DNA of 26,504 bases from positions 1-26,504 of the forward strand of contig JALUCS010000121.1 of the NCBI GenBank assembly GCA_027050205.1. Direction: 5' to 3'. The notes beneath the pieces were generated by a model. That model was not told the origin of the DNA, did no database searches, and was given only the letters and a program-made list of their open reading frames with translations. The stretch is from a candidate division WOR-3 bacterium. Its GTDB lineage: Bacteria; Hydrothermota; Hydrothermia; LBFQ01. Below, in pieces: positions 18,279-26,240 of the stretch. Position 1 is the first letter of the stretch, and every line of letters begins with the position of its first letter. A program made the position numbers and the translations under genes.

Positions 18279-19054
18279 TCCTGCTGGTCGCTGCCATCAA
18301 CTGGAAGTTGGGAGGGCTTACGAGCCTTTCCCTCTCCTACCTCTCCGACGGGTGGGGGAGGGGGCTGGCGGCCGGAGCCGTCCTGGATCTGAAACGTCCC
18401 CTTGTCGGTATATCCCTTCTCTCCTACAGGGAACGTTCCGATTTCTTCAACCAGATGGATCTCACCTTCACCTACAGGTCCTCTCCAAAGGGGGGCGTGA
18501 TCTACGCCTTCGGGGGACACTACATCCTTAGCGATTACCCCTTCTCAAACAACACCCTCGTACTCTTCGGTGGTTTCGGGGATTACTCCTACTTCTCCTC
18601 CTTTGAGGCTGGGGCCGCCTACTCCATGTACGGTGGGGACCTCTCCTACGGTGTGCTTCAGGTCTCGGTTAGTGCGGGCCGATTTGTGGGTTCAAAGGTA
18701 TGGTTTGAGGCCTTCGCCATCCTATCGCAGGTGTCCGATACCTTGAAGTTCCATCTATCAAGCCCCGTCTTCCCTTCCTTCGGTGCCACCTTCAGGCTCC
18801 TTACGGGACGTTTTAAACCCTACGTAGGGGCGTGGTTAGGCAGACAGTTCCTCGCCGTGAAGTGGTACGGTCTGATAGTTTCCAACTACCCCTTCGTGTA
18901 TGAAGGGGGCGCCCTACTCGGTCTGCTCGTGGATGTGGGGAACCTCCGTCCCGGCATTCACTTGACCTACGACAGGCTGCGGGATCCCATCTACAGGCAA
19001 GCCTCGTCCCGGATCGGACTGTCCTTAAGCGTCTCCCCCGCTCCTTCCTTATAA
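18275..19054 (+). CDS. Hypothetical protein, probable outer-membrane beta-barrel
   Basis: ATGA overlap with the TPR gene gives MILLVAAINW... (259 aa). Alternating hydrophobic/aromatic, Gly/Ser/Tyr-rich beta-strand pattern. Confidence 0.6.
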   Translation: MILLVAAINWKLGGLTSLSLSYLSDGWGRGLAAGAVLDLKRPLVGISLLSYRERSDFFNQMDLTFTYRSSPKGGVIYAFGGHYILSDYPFSNNTLVLFGGFGDYSYFSSFEAGAAYSMYGGDLSYGVLQVSVSAGRFVGSKVWFEAFAILSQVSDTLKFHLSSPVFPSFGATFRLLTGRFKPYVGAWLGRQFLAVKWYGLIVSNYPFVYEGGALLGLLVDVGNLRPGIHLTYDRLRDPIYRQASSRIGLSLSVSPAPSL

Positions 19055-19063
19055 TAGATGACG

Positions 19064-19312
19064 ATGGGAGATAGGCTAACGAAACTGGCCATCAGCGACG
19101 AGGGTTTCATCTTTGACCCCGAAACGGGGAACTCCTACACCACCAACCCCACAGGCCTCCTGATCCTGCGGATGCTCAAGGAGGGGAAGGGCGAGGAGGA
19201 GATAGTCAAGGCCCTTACGGAGGAGTTTGGGGCCGAAGAGGAGGAGGCCCGACGGGACCTGTACGACTTCCTTGAGCAGCTTAGGGCTTACGGTCTAGTG
19301 GAGGGAGTATGA
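19064..19312 (+). CDS. Stand-alone PqqD-family / RiPP recognition element (RRE)-like protein
   Basis: About 82 aa: FIFDPETGNSYTTNPTGLLILRML..EEIV..L.EEF......RDL.DFL.QL...GLV has the PqqD beta-sheet plus helical-bundle pattern. Start is ATG 19064 or 19058. Confidence 0.85.
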   Translation: MGDRLTKLAISDEGFIFDPETGNSYTTNPTGLLILRMLKEGKGEEEIVKALTEEFGAEEEEARRDLYDFLEQLRAYGLVEGV

Positions 19313-20337
19313 TAAGGGTAGCCGTATCGGGTATAAACGCCGTAGATAACCCCGGACCGGGGGTCGGTATAGCCAAGGGCATAAGGGAGAGCGGCCTTGA
19401 GGTTGAGATATACGGCCTCGCGTACGACTCCATGGATCCGGGCATATATATGAAGTGGCTCTTCTCCCGCAGTTTCATCATACCCTACCCCTCCGAGGGG
19501 GAGGAGGTCTTCCTCCAGAGGCTCCTGTACATAAAGCACAACTACGGCCTTGACGTCCTCGTCTCCGCTTTGGACGCGGAGCTGCCTCTCCTGATAAAGG
19601 CAGCGGACCGCCTTCAGACCTACGGCATCAGAACCTTCCTTCCAACCTACGAGCAGTTCAAGTTGAGGGCCAAAGACCGCCTACCAGAGGTCGCCGAGAG
19701 GATAGGGGTTAAGGTGCCGGAGACGAGGGTGGTCTCCTCCTACGAAGAGCTGGTGAAGGCCACCAACGACCTCGGCTTCCCCGTGATGGTCAAGGGGATA
19801 TTCTACAAGGCCAAGAGGGCCTACAACGTAGGGGAAGCGACCGCCCACTTCAACGAGATAGTTAGCGAGTGGGGTTATCCGGTGATAGTGCAGAAGGTCG
19901 TACAGGGTGAGGAGATGAACGTCGTAGGCCTCGGCGACGGCGAAGGCGGCCACTACGGCCTCGTAGCCATAAAGAAGCTGTGGATAACCAGCCTCGGAAA
20001 GATATGGACGGGCGTCACCGTCCACAACGAGAACCTCCTGAAGGCCACGGAGAGGTTCGTAGGAGAGTTCAAGTGGAGGGGAGGTTTTGAGTTTGAGTGC
20101 ATAGTGTCCGGGGAGGACATATACCTCATAGAGATCAACCCCCGTTTCCCCGCCTGGGTGTACTTCTCGGCAGGGGTAGGGGTGAACCTACCGGCCCGCC
20201 TCCTGAAGGCTGCCCTCGGCCTTGACGTTGAGAGGGACTGGGATTACGAGGCGGGTAAGCTCTACGTGCGCTATACCGACGACCTGGTCGCTGATATGGC
20301 CATGTTTCAGAGCATAGTCCTGAAAGGGGAGGTATGA
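19309..20337 (+). CDS. ATP-grasp ligase (carbamoyl-phosphate-synthase-like), substrate unknown
   Basis: KDRL......GVKVPET, GFPVMVKG, VIVQKVVQGEE and YLIEINPRF (ExN metal motif). SD GGAGG and ATGA overlap. Confidence 0.85.
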   Translation: MIRVAVSGINAVDNPGPGVGIAKGIRESGLEVEIYGLAYDSMDPGIYMKWLFSRSFIIPYPSEGEEVFLQRLLYIKHNYGLDVLVSALDAELPLLIKAADRLQTYGIRTFLPTYEQFKLRAKDRLPEVAERIGVKVPETRVVSSYEELVKATNDLGFPVMVKGIFYKAKRAYNVGEATAHFNEIVSEWGYPVIVQKVVQGEEMNVVGLGDGEGGHYGLVAIKKLWITSLGKIWTGVTVHNENLLKATERFVGEFKWRGGFEFECIVSGEDIYLIEINPRFPAWVYFSAGVGVNLPARLLKAALGLDVERDWDYEAGKLYVRYTDDLVADMAMFQSIVLKGEV

Positions 20338-20338
20338 G

Positions 20339-21694
20339 ATGGCTCGCAGGTACGAGAAACCCGTAATACACCGCCTCCATGTGGGACACACCAACAAGTT
20401 CGGCTTTGCGTCCCCCTACGGGGCGAAGGTCAGAAAGAGCATAGACGGTGTCCCCATAGAGGAGCTGGTGAGCCGGTTCGGCTCCCCCCTCTTCGTCTTC
20501 TCGGAGAGGAGGCTAAGGCAGAAGTTCAGGGAGGTGAAGAACGCTTTCACCCTCCGCTACCCCCACGTTGAGCTTTCCTGGTCCTACAAGACGAACTATC
20601 TGGACGCCATAGTCGCCATCCTCCACAGCGAGGGGGCCACGGCCGAAGTCGTATCGGAGTTTGAGTACGAGAAGGCCCGGAGGATGGGGATACCCGGTTC
20701 CAAGATCATATACAACGGCCCCTACAAGCCCATAGACTCCCTTAGGGTGGCCGTCTCGGAGGGCGCCCGCATAAACATAGACACCTTTGAGGAGATAGCA
20801 GACTTGGAGAGGGTGGCCGACGAAGTGGGGAAACGCCCCAAGGTCGCCATAAGGGTAAATATGGACACGGGCATATACCCCCGTTGGAGCAGGTTCGGTT
20901 TCAACTACGAGAGCGGTCAGGCGTGGGACGCCGTAAAGCGGATAGCCCTCGGCGGGAAGCTGGACCTCGTCGGACTGCACTGCCACATAGGGACCTTCAT
21001 ACTCAAGCCGGAGGCCTACGAGATAGAGACCCGCAAGTTGGTTGAACTCGCCTACCGCATAGAGGACGAGTTCGGCTTCAAGATAGAGTACATAGACGTC
21101 GGAGGGGGCTTCCCATCTCGGAACAGGCTCAAGGGTATATACCTCCCTCCCGAAGTGGCCGTACCGCCCATAGAGGAGTACGCCGAGAGGATAACGACGG
21201 CCCTCCTCAACAACCTGCGACCGGGGGACTACCCCCTGCTCATCTTGGAGAGCGGGAGGGCGATAGTGGATGAGGCCGGCTTCCTCATAACCACCGTCCA
21301 CGCAACTAAAAGGCTTCCCGACGGTCGCAGGGGGTACGTCCTTGACGCGGGGGTAAATATACTCTTTACGGCCTTCTGGTATCACTTCAACGTTGAGGTG
21401 GATAGAGAGGTTTCGGGAGGAGCCGAGCCGTGCGTACTGTACGGTCCCCTGTGTATGAACATAGACGTCGTGGAGGACAGGGCGCACCTACCACCCTTAC
21501 CCCGTGGGACCCGCCTGATCCTCTCCCCCGTCGGGGCCTACAACGTCACCCAGTGGATGCAGTTCATCCGCTACCGGCCGGCCGTCGTCCTTATAGGTGA
21601 GAACGGGGAGGTGGACCTCATCAGGGAGGCGGAGGACATTAGCGACATCGTCTCGCGCGAGAGGGTACCGGAGAGGCTCAAACCCAAGAGTTGA
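20339..21694 (+). CDS. Fold-type III PLP-dependent decarboxylase (diaminopimelate decarboxylase-like), substrate unknown
   Basis: FGSPLFV, SYKTN (PLP Lys), YNGPYK, SRFG, HCHIG, DVGGGF, ESGRAIV, GPLC and GAY. SD GGAGG. Confidence 0.85.
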   Translation: MARRYEKPVIHRLHVGHTNKFGFASPYGAKVRKSIDGVPIEELVSRFGSPLFVFSERRLRQKFREVKNAFTLRYPHVELSWSYKTNYLDAIVAILHSEGATAEVVSEFEYEKARRMGIPGSKIIYNGPYKPIDSLRVAVSEGARINIDTFEEIADLERVADEVGKRPKVAIRVNMDTGIYPRWSRFGFNYESGQAWDAVKRIALGGKLDLVGLHCHIGTFILKPEAYEIETRKLVELAYRIEDEFGFKIEYIDVGGGFPSRNRLKGIYLPPEVAVPPIEEYAERITTALLNNLRPGDYPLLILESGRAIVDEAGFLITTVHATKRLPDGRRGYVLDAGVNILFTAFWYHFNVEVDREVSGGAEPCVLYGPLCMNIDVVEDRAHLPPLPRGTRLILSPVGAYNVTQWMQFIRYRPAVVLIGENGEVDLIREAEDISDIVSRERVPERLKPKS

Positions 21695-23760
21695 GGGACG
21701 TATATACCGCCATACTCCGGGCCTACTCCGGGATCTTCTTCAACCCCTCCGTACGCTTCGGGGGTATCCTCCTCCTCCTGACCTTCCTGAACCCCAACAT
21801 GGGGATCGCCGGCCTGGTTTCCGTACTCTCGGCCTACGCCTTCGCCAGGGTGGTAGGCTTCAGGGAGCGGTTCCTCCGCCTGGACTACTACATCTACAAC
21901 CCCCTCCTCGTAGGTCTGGCCCTGGGGTACCTCTTCCGGATCGGACCCTTGAGCTTCCCCTTCTTCATCCTCGCCGGGGTCCTGACTTTCCTCCTGACCT
22001 ACTCCCTCTCCAACTTCTCCTGGTACTACCTCCGCCTTCCCGTCTTGAGCCTACCCTTCGTCATCGCCGTACTCCTCCTCTACCTCGCCTCCCTGCGATT
22101 TACCAACCTCTTTGTCCTTAGCCTCTACCCCAAACCGGTACCCACCCTCCCCTTCCAGCTTCCCCTACCGGTTGAGGGGTTCTTCCGCAGTCTGGGGGCG
22201 ATAGTGTTCTCGCCTTACGTGATCAGCGGGGCCGTCATCTTCGTCTCCCTCCTCGCAGTCTCTCGCATCCTCGCCCTTCTGGCCGTCCTCGGCTACACCG
22301 TTGGCGTCGTAACCCAGGCCCTCCTCGTCGGCTCGCTCTACCAAGCCGTGGGGGACCTCTCCGCCTTCAACTACATCCTCATCGCCATGGCCGTAGGTGG
22401 GGTCTTCCTGATACCGTCCCCCCGCAGCTACGCATTCGCCCTCCTCTCCGTAGCCCTCTCCGTCCCCATCGTTGAGGGGGTAAAAACCTTCTGGGAGGCC
22501 TACGGCCTTCCCGCCTTCGCCCTCCCCTTCAACCTAACCGTCCTTCTGCTCCTGTACGTCCTCCTCGTGGCCGGCTACGGATACGTCACCCTCTGGTACA
22601 GGGGGACACCGGAGAGGACGCTTGACGGCTATCTGACCTACACCCGCCGCTTCCCTTACACCGGTCGGGAGATAGCCCTCCCCTTCGCCGGGGAGTGGAC
22701 GGTGTGGCAGGCCTTTGACGGGGAGTGGACCCACAGGGGGCCGTGGAGATACGCTTACGATTTCGTGATAGCCGATCCGGAGGGACGGACCTTCCGGGGG
22801 GACGGCTCCCGCCTGACCGACTACTACGCCTTCGGTAAGCCCGTACTCTCCCCCGTGGACGGGGTCGTGGTTGAGGTTGCAGACGGCTTAGAGGACAACC
22901 CACCCGGTCAGGCCGACAGGGAGAACAACTACGGCAACTACGTCCTACTGTGGGATTATAGGGGGTTCTACGTCCTCGTAGCCCACCTCAAGAAAGGGAG
23001 CGTCAGGGTCAAGGCGGGGGACAGGGTACTGCGGGGGAGCCTCCTCGGCCAGTGCGGCAACTCCGGGTACTCCCCCCAACCCCACATCCACATCCACGTT
23101 CAGGCCTCACCCAAGGTGGGATCCCCCACCCTCCCCTTCAAGTTCGTATCCTACGTCTCCTCCGGCAGATTTTTGGACGTCGGACTCCCGGAGGTATCCG
23201 AGAGGGTGGAGCCGGTATATCCGAGCAAGGCCCTCCTGAACCGCTTCAACCTCCTGATAGACCAGCGTATGCTCTTCAAGGTACGGGAGAAGGGGAGGGA
23301 GTACGACCTCGCCTGTACGGTGAAGATGGACTCCTACGGGTACTTCTACCTGACGGACGGCAAGACCCGCCTCTACTTCGGCATAAACAACTCCACCTTC
23401 TACTTCTACAACCTGACGGGGGACGCCTCCTCACCCCTACGCTACTTCCTCCTCGCCGTCCCCAAGTTGCCCCTGATAGACAGGCCCGGCCTATCGTGGG
23501 GTGACGCCCTACCCTTTTTATCCCTCCCACCTCTCCTAAGGAGCTTCTACCTCCTCCTCTCCTCCTTCAAACACGACCTCCTCTCCGTAAGGACCTCCCT
23601 CCACCTGACGCCGGAGGGAAAGGTTAAGGGAAAAGCGGCCCTCCCCGGAGGCCCTATAGAGGTTGAGGCCAGCGTGGCCCCCGACCTCTTCTACGACCTC
23701 GTACGGTTCGGGGACGTCGTCTTAGAGAGGAAGGAGTTGGGCTGGGAGGGGCTTCGGTAA
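21691..23760 (+). CDS. Urea-transporter-like membrane domain fused to M23 metallopeptidase and a C-terminal domain
   Basis: Two-fold repeated membrane domain (YNPLLVG..LPVLSLPF / FNYILIA..LPAFALPF) typical of the UT family. Then HRGPWRYAYD, VLSPVDGVV, YGNYVLL, AHL and GQCGNSGYSPQPHIHIH (M23 HxH). Confidence 0.8.
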   Translation: MRDVYTAILRAYSGIFFNPSVRFGGILLLLTFLNPNMGIAGLVSVLSAYAFARVVGFRERFLRLDYYIYNPLLVGLALGYLFRIGPLSFPFFILAGVLTFLLTYSLSNFSWYYLRLPVLSLPFVIAVLLLYLASLRFTNLFVLSLYPKPVPTLPFQLPLPVEGFFRSLGAIVFSPYVISGAVIFVSLLAVSRILALLAVLGYTVGVVTQALLVGSLYQAVGDLSAFNYILIAMAVGGVFLIPSPRSYAFALLSVALSVPIVEGVKTFWEAYGLPAFALPFNLTVLLLLYVLLVAGYGYVTLWYRGTPERTLDGYLTYTRRFPYTGREIALPFAGEWTVWQAFDGEWTHRGPWRYAYDFVIADPEGRTFRGDGSRLTDYYAFGKPVLSPVDGVVVEVADGLEDNPPGQADRENNYGNYVLLWDYRGFYVLVAHLKKGSVRVKAGDRVLRGSLLGQCGNSGYSPQPHIHIHVQASPKVGSPTLPFKFVSYVSSGRFLDVGLPEVSERVEPVYPSKALLNRFNLLIDQRMLFKVREKGREYDLACTVKMDSYGYFYLTDGKTRLYFGINNSTFYFYNLTGDASSPLRYFLLAVPKLPLIDRPGLSWGDALPFLSLPPLLRSFYLLLSSFKHDLLSVRTSLHLTPEGKVKGKAALPGGPIEVEASVAPDLFYDLVRFGDVVLERKELGWEGLR

Positions 23761-23791
23761 TTCCCAACCTTCGGCGGTAGAATTGCATCTC

Positions 23792-25228
23792 ATGAGGAAG
23801 ATACTACCTTTAGCGGGTGTGGCCATACTCGGTGTAGTGGTCGGCATCGTCCTGACGGCCAAGTCCAACCTGATGCTACACCTCGGCGCCGTTCCTCCCA
23901 AGGCCGACACATCCACCTACTCCGTAAAGGAGACCCCCTCCGGCACCTACATAACCATCCCCTCCTTCGCAGACATAGCCCAGAAGGTCCTCCCCGCCGT
24001 CGTCAGCATAGAGGCCGAGGGCAAACAGGTGGTAAACCTACCCGTAGACCCCTTCTTTGAGTTCTTCTTCGGCCCCCAGCAGAGGATAAGGAAGACCCGA
24101 AGCCTCGGCTCCGGCTTTATCTTTAAACGCAAGGGAGACACCTACTACGTCCTGACCAACAACCACGTCATCCGTGGGATGGACGAGATAAAGGTGAAGA
24201 TGAGCGACGGAACCACCTTTGAGAAGGTGGAGGTGGTGGGTACGGACTCGGCCACCGACATAGCCGTCCTCAAGTTCAAGAGCAAGGACAAACTCCCCGT
24301 AGTGAAGTTGGGGGACTCCGACAAACTCCGCGTGGGGGACTGGGTGATGGCCATAGGCTCCCCCTTCGGCTTCTCCTCCACCGTCACCGTCGGGGTCATA
24401 AGCGCCAAGCACAGGTCCCTCGGTGGCATCCCGGAGGCTCCGAGCATACAGGACTTCCTCCAGACCGACGCCGCCATAAACCCCGGAAACTCCGGTGGCC
24501 CCCTCGTCAACGTTAAAGGTGAGGTCGTTGGCATAAACACGGCCATAGTGAGTCCCACGGGGGCCTACTCCGGCATCGGCTTCGCCGTACCCATAAATCT
24601 GGCAAAGAAGGTGGCGGAGCAGCTCATAGAGCATGGCAAGGTCTCCCGCGGGTACCTCGGCATAATCATGCAGAACGTGGATGAGAACCTCGCCAAGGCC
24701 ATAGGCCTAAAGAAGCCGGAGGGCGTGATAATAGCTGAGGTGGTGAAAGGTTCCCCGGCGGACAAGGCCGGACTCAAGGAGGGGGACGTCATAGTTGAGG
24801 TGGATGGGAGGAAGATAAAGAACGCCCTCACCCTGCGGGCCATCATCCAGAGCAAGCTCCCCGGCGAGAAGGTGAAGATAAAGGTCTTCCGTAAGGGGAA
24901 GTACAAGACCATAACCGTGAAGCTCGGCTCTCTGGAGAACCGTACGGCCTTCATATCCGGCGGCAAGGTCTTGGTGGACGAGAAGGTGGGAATAGTGGCC
25001 GCCTACGAGGACGGTAAGGTGGTGGTGAAGGAGGTTAAGCCCAACACCCCCGCCGCGAGGATAGGCCAGATACAGCCCGGAGACGTTATCCTCAAGGTGA
25101 ACGACCGCCCCATCCGGAACATCAAGGACCTGAAGGAGGCCTTAGACGAGGCCAAGAGGAAGGGTTCCGTACTGATGCTCCTGCAGAGCAAGGAGGGCTT
25201 CAAGAAGTGGATCGGCTTCAACCTGTAG
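23792..25228 (+). CDS. degP: HtrA/DegP/DegQ (Do-family) periplasmic serine protease with two PDZ domains
   Basis: GSGF, TNNHV, DIAVLK, QTDAAINPGNSGGPL and two PDZ domains. ATG 23792 lies 8 nt after TAGAAT. Confidence 0.93.
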   Translation: MRKILPLAGVAILGVVVGIVLTAKSNLMLHLGAVPPKADTSTYSVKETPSGTYITIPSFADIAQKVLPAVVSIEAEGKQVVNLPVDPFFEFFFGPQQRIRKTRSLGSGFIFKRKGDTYYVLTNNHVIRGMDEIKVKMSDGTTFEKVEVVGTDSATDIAVLKFKSKDKLPVVKLGDSDKLRVGDWVMAIGSPFGFSSTVTVGVISAKHRSLGGIPEAPSIQDFLQTDAAINPGNSGGPLVNVKGEVVGINTAIVSPTGAYSGIGFAVPINLAKKVAEQLIEHGKVSRGYLGIIMQNVDENLAKAIGLKKPEGVIIAEVVKGSPADKAGLKEGDVIVEVDGRKIKNALTLRAIIQSKLPGEKVKIKVFRKGKYKTITVKLGSLENRTAFISGGKVLVDEKVGIVAAYEDGKVVVKEVKPNTPAARIGQIQPGDVILKVNDRPIRNIKDLKEALDEAKRKGSVLMLLQSKEGFKKWIGFNL

Positions 25229-26193
25229 CGTACAAGCCCGACAGGGAGGCCATACTGAAGGCCATCACCGGAAAGGACGTCGTCATACTGGCAGGGGGGC
25301 CCTCGCGGGAGCGGGAGATCAGCTTCCGCTCCGCCCTCAACGTCCAGAGGGCCCTCCGCGCCCTCGGTATAAACGCCCCCATAATAGACTTTACGGAGGA
25401 GAACGTCAGACACCTCGCCCAGCAGCCCCCCGACTTAGCCGTCGTTATGATGCACGGGAGACCGGGGGAGGACGGGGTGGTTCAGGGCTTCCTTGAGGCC
25501 CTCGGCGTTAGGTACACGGGGGCGAGGCTGACGGGGAGCGTCCTCGGCATAGACAAGTACGCCTTCAAGCGGTTCGTCTCCGCCGCCGGTATAAAGGTAC
25601 CTCCATTTTTTCTTGTAAAAAGTGAAAGAGATTTGGAAAATGTTAAAAATTTTGCCGAAAAGGTGGGTTATCCTGTAATAATAAAACCGAGGGCGGAGGG
25701 GTCCTCCGTGGGGACGTACGTCGTAGAGGGACCGGGGGAGTTGGAGGTGAAACTGCGGGAGAACCTCCGGGAGTTCGGACACACCCTCGTTGAGAAGTTC
25801 GTCCGGGGCAGGGAGGTGACCGTCGGCGTCCTCGGCACGGGCGAGAGGGCCTTCCCCCTCCCCGTCCTTGAGCTAAGGGTGAAGAGGCGTAGGTTCTACG
25901 ACTACGTTGCCAAATACACGGAGGGGGAGACGGAGTTCGTCCTACCCGCCGAGCTGCCGGAGGAGACCTACAGGGAGGTCCAGGAGATAGCCCGCAGGGT
26001 GCATATAGAGACGGAGTGCCGTGGGTTCTCAAGGACGGACTTCATAGTCTCGGAAGACGGCACCCCCTACGTCCTTGAGCTGAACACCATACCGGGGATG
26101 ACGGAGCTTTCCGACCTGCCGGCCGAGGCCCGGCACATCGGCCTCACCTACGAGGACGTCGTCTTGTACATCCTTGAGTCTGCCCTGATATAA
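25207..26193 (+). CDS. ddl: D-alanine--D-alanine ligase
   Basis: GGPSREREIS, HGRPGEDG, KP..EGSSVG, FYDYVAKY omega loop and LELNTIPGMT. The GTG start with AGGAGG upstream overlaps the degP end. Confidence 0.94.
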   Translation: MDRLQPVAYKPDREAILKAITGKDVVILAGGPSREREISFRSALNVQRALRALGINAPIIDFTEENVRHLAQQPPDLAVVMMHGRPGEDGVVQGFLEALGVRYTGARLTGSVLGIDKYAFKRFVSAAGIKVPPFFLVKSERDLENVKNFAEKVGYPVIIKPRAEGSSVGTYVVEGPGELEVKLRENLREFGHTLVEKFVRGREVTVGVLGTGERAFPLPVLELRVKRRRFYDYVAKYTEGETEFVLPAELPEETYREVQEIARRVHIETECRGFSRTDFIVSEDGTPYVLELNTIPGMTELSDLPAEARHIGLTYEDVVLYILESALI

Positions 26194-26198
26194 AAGGA

Positions 26199-26216
26199 GG
26201 GGCGGGAACCCGCCCC
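26199..26216. terminator. Intrinsic terminator hairpin between convergent genes
   Basis: GGGGCGG-GAAC-CCGCCCC stem-loop, followed on the minus strand by TCCTTTTA. Confidence 0.65.
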
Positions 26217-26240
26217 CCCCGATGAGGTTTGTAGAAGCCT

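Noticed and set aside
19309..20337. Calling the ATP-grasp gene carB, or the cluster a PQQ or graspetide locus
   Set aside because: It is far shorter than CarB, there are no pqqABCE genes, and no repeat-containing graspetide precursor is visible.
20339..21694. Naming the decarboxylase lysA
   Set aside because: The fold is clear, but the operon context and the SYKTN and GPLCMNID variants do not establish diaminopimelate as the substrate.
25630..25660. dif-like site in the ddl AT patch (ATGTTAAA)
   Set aside because: Only a partial XerD-arm match, with no XerC arm or correct spacing.
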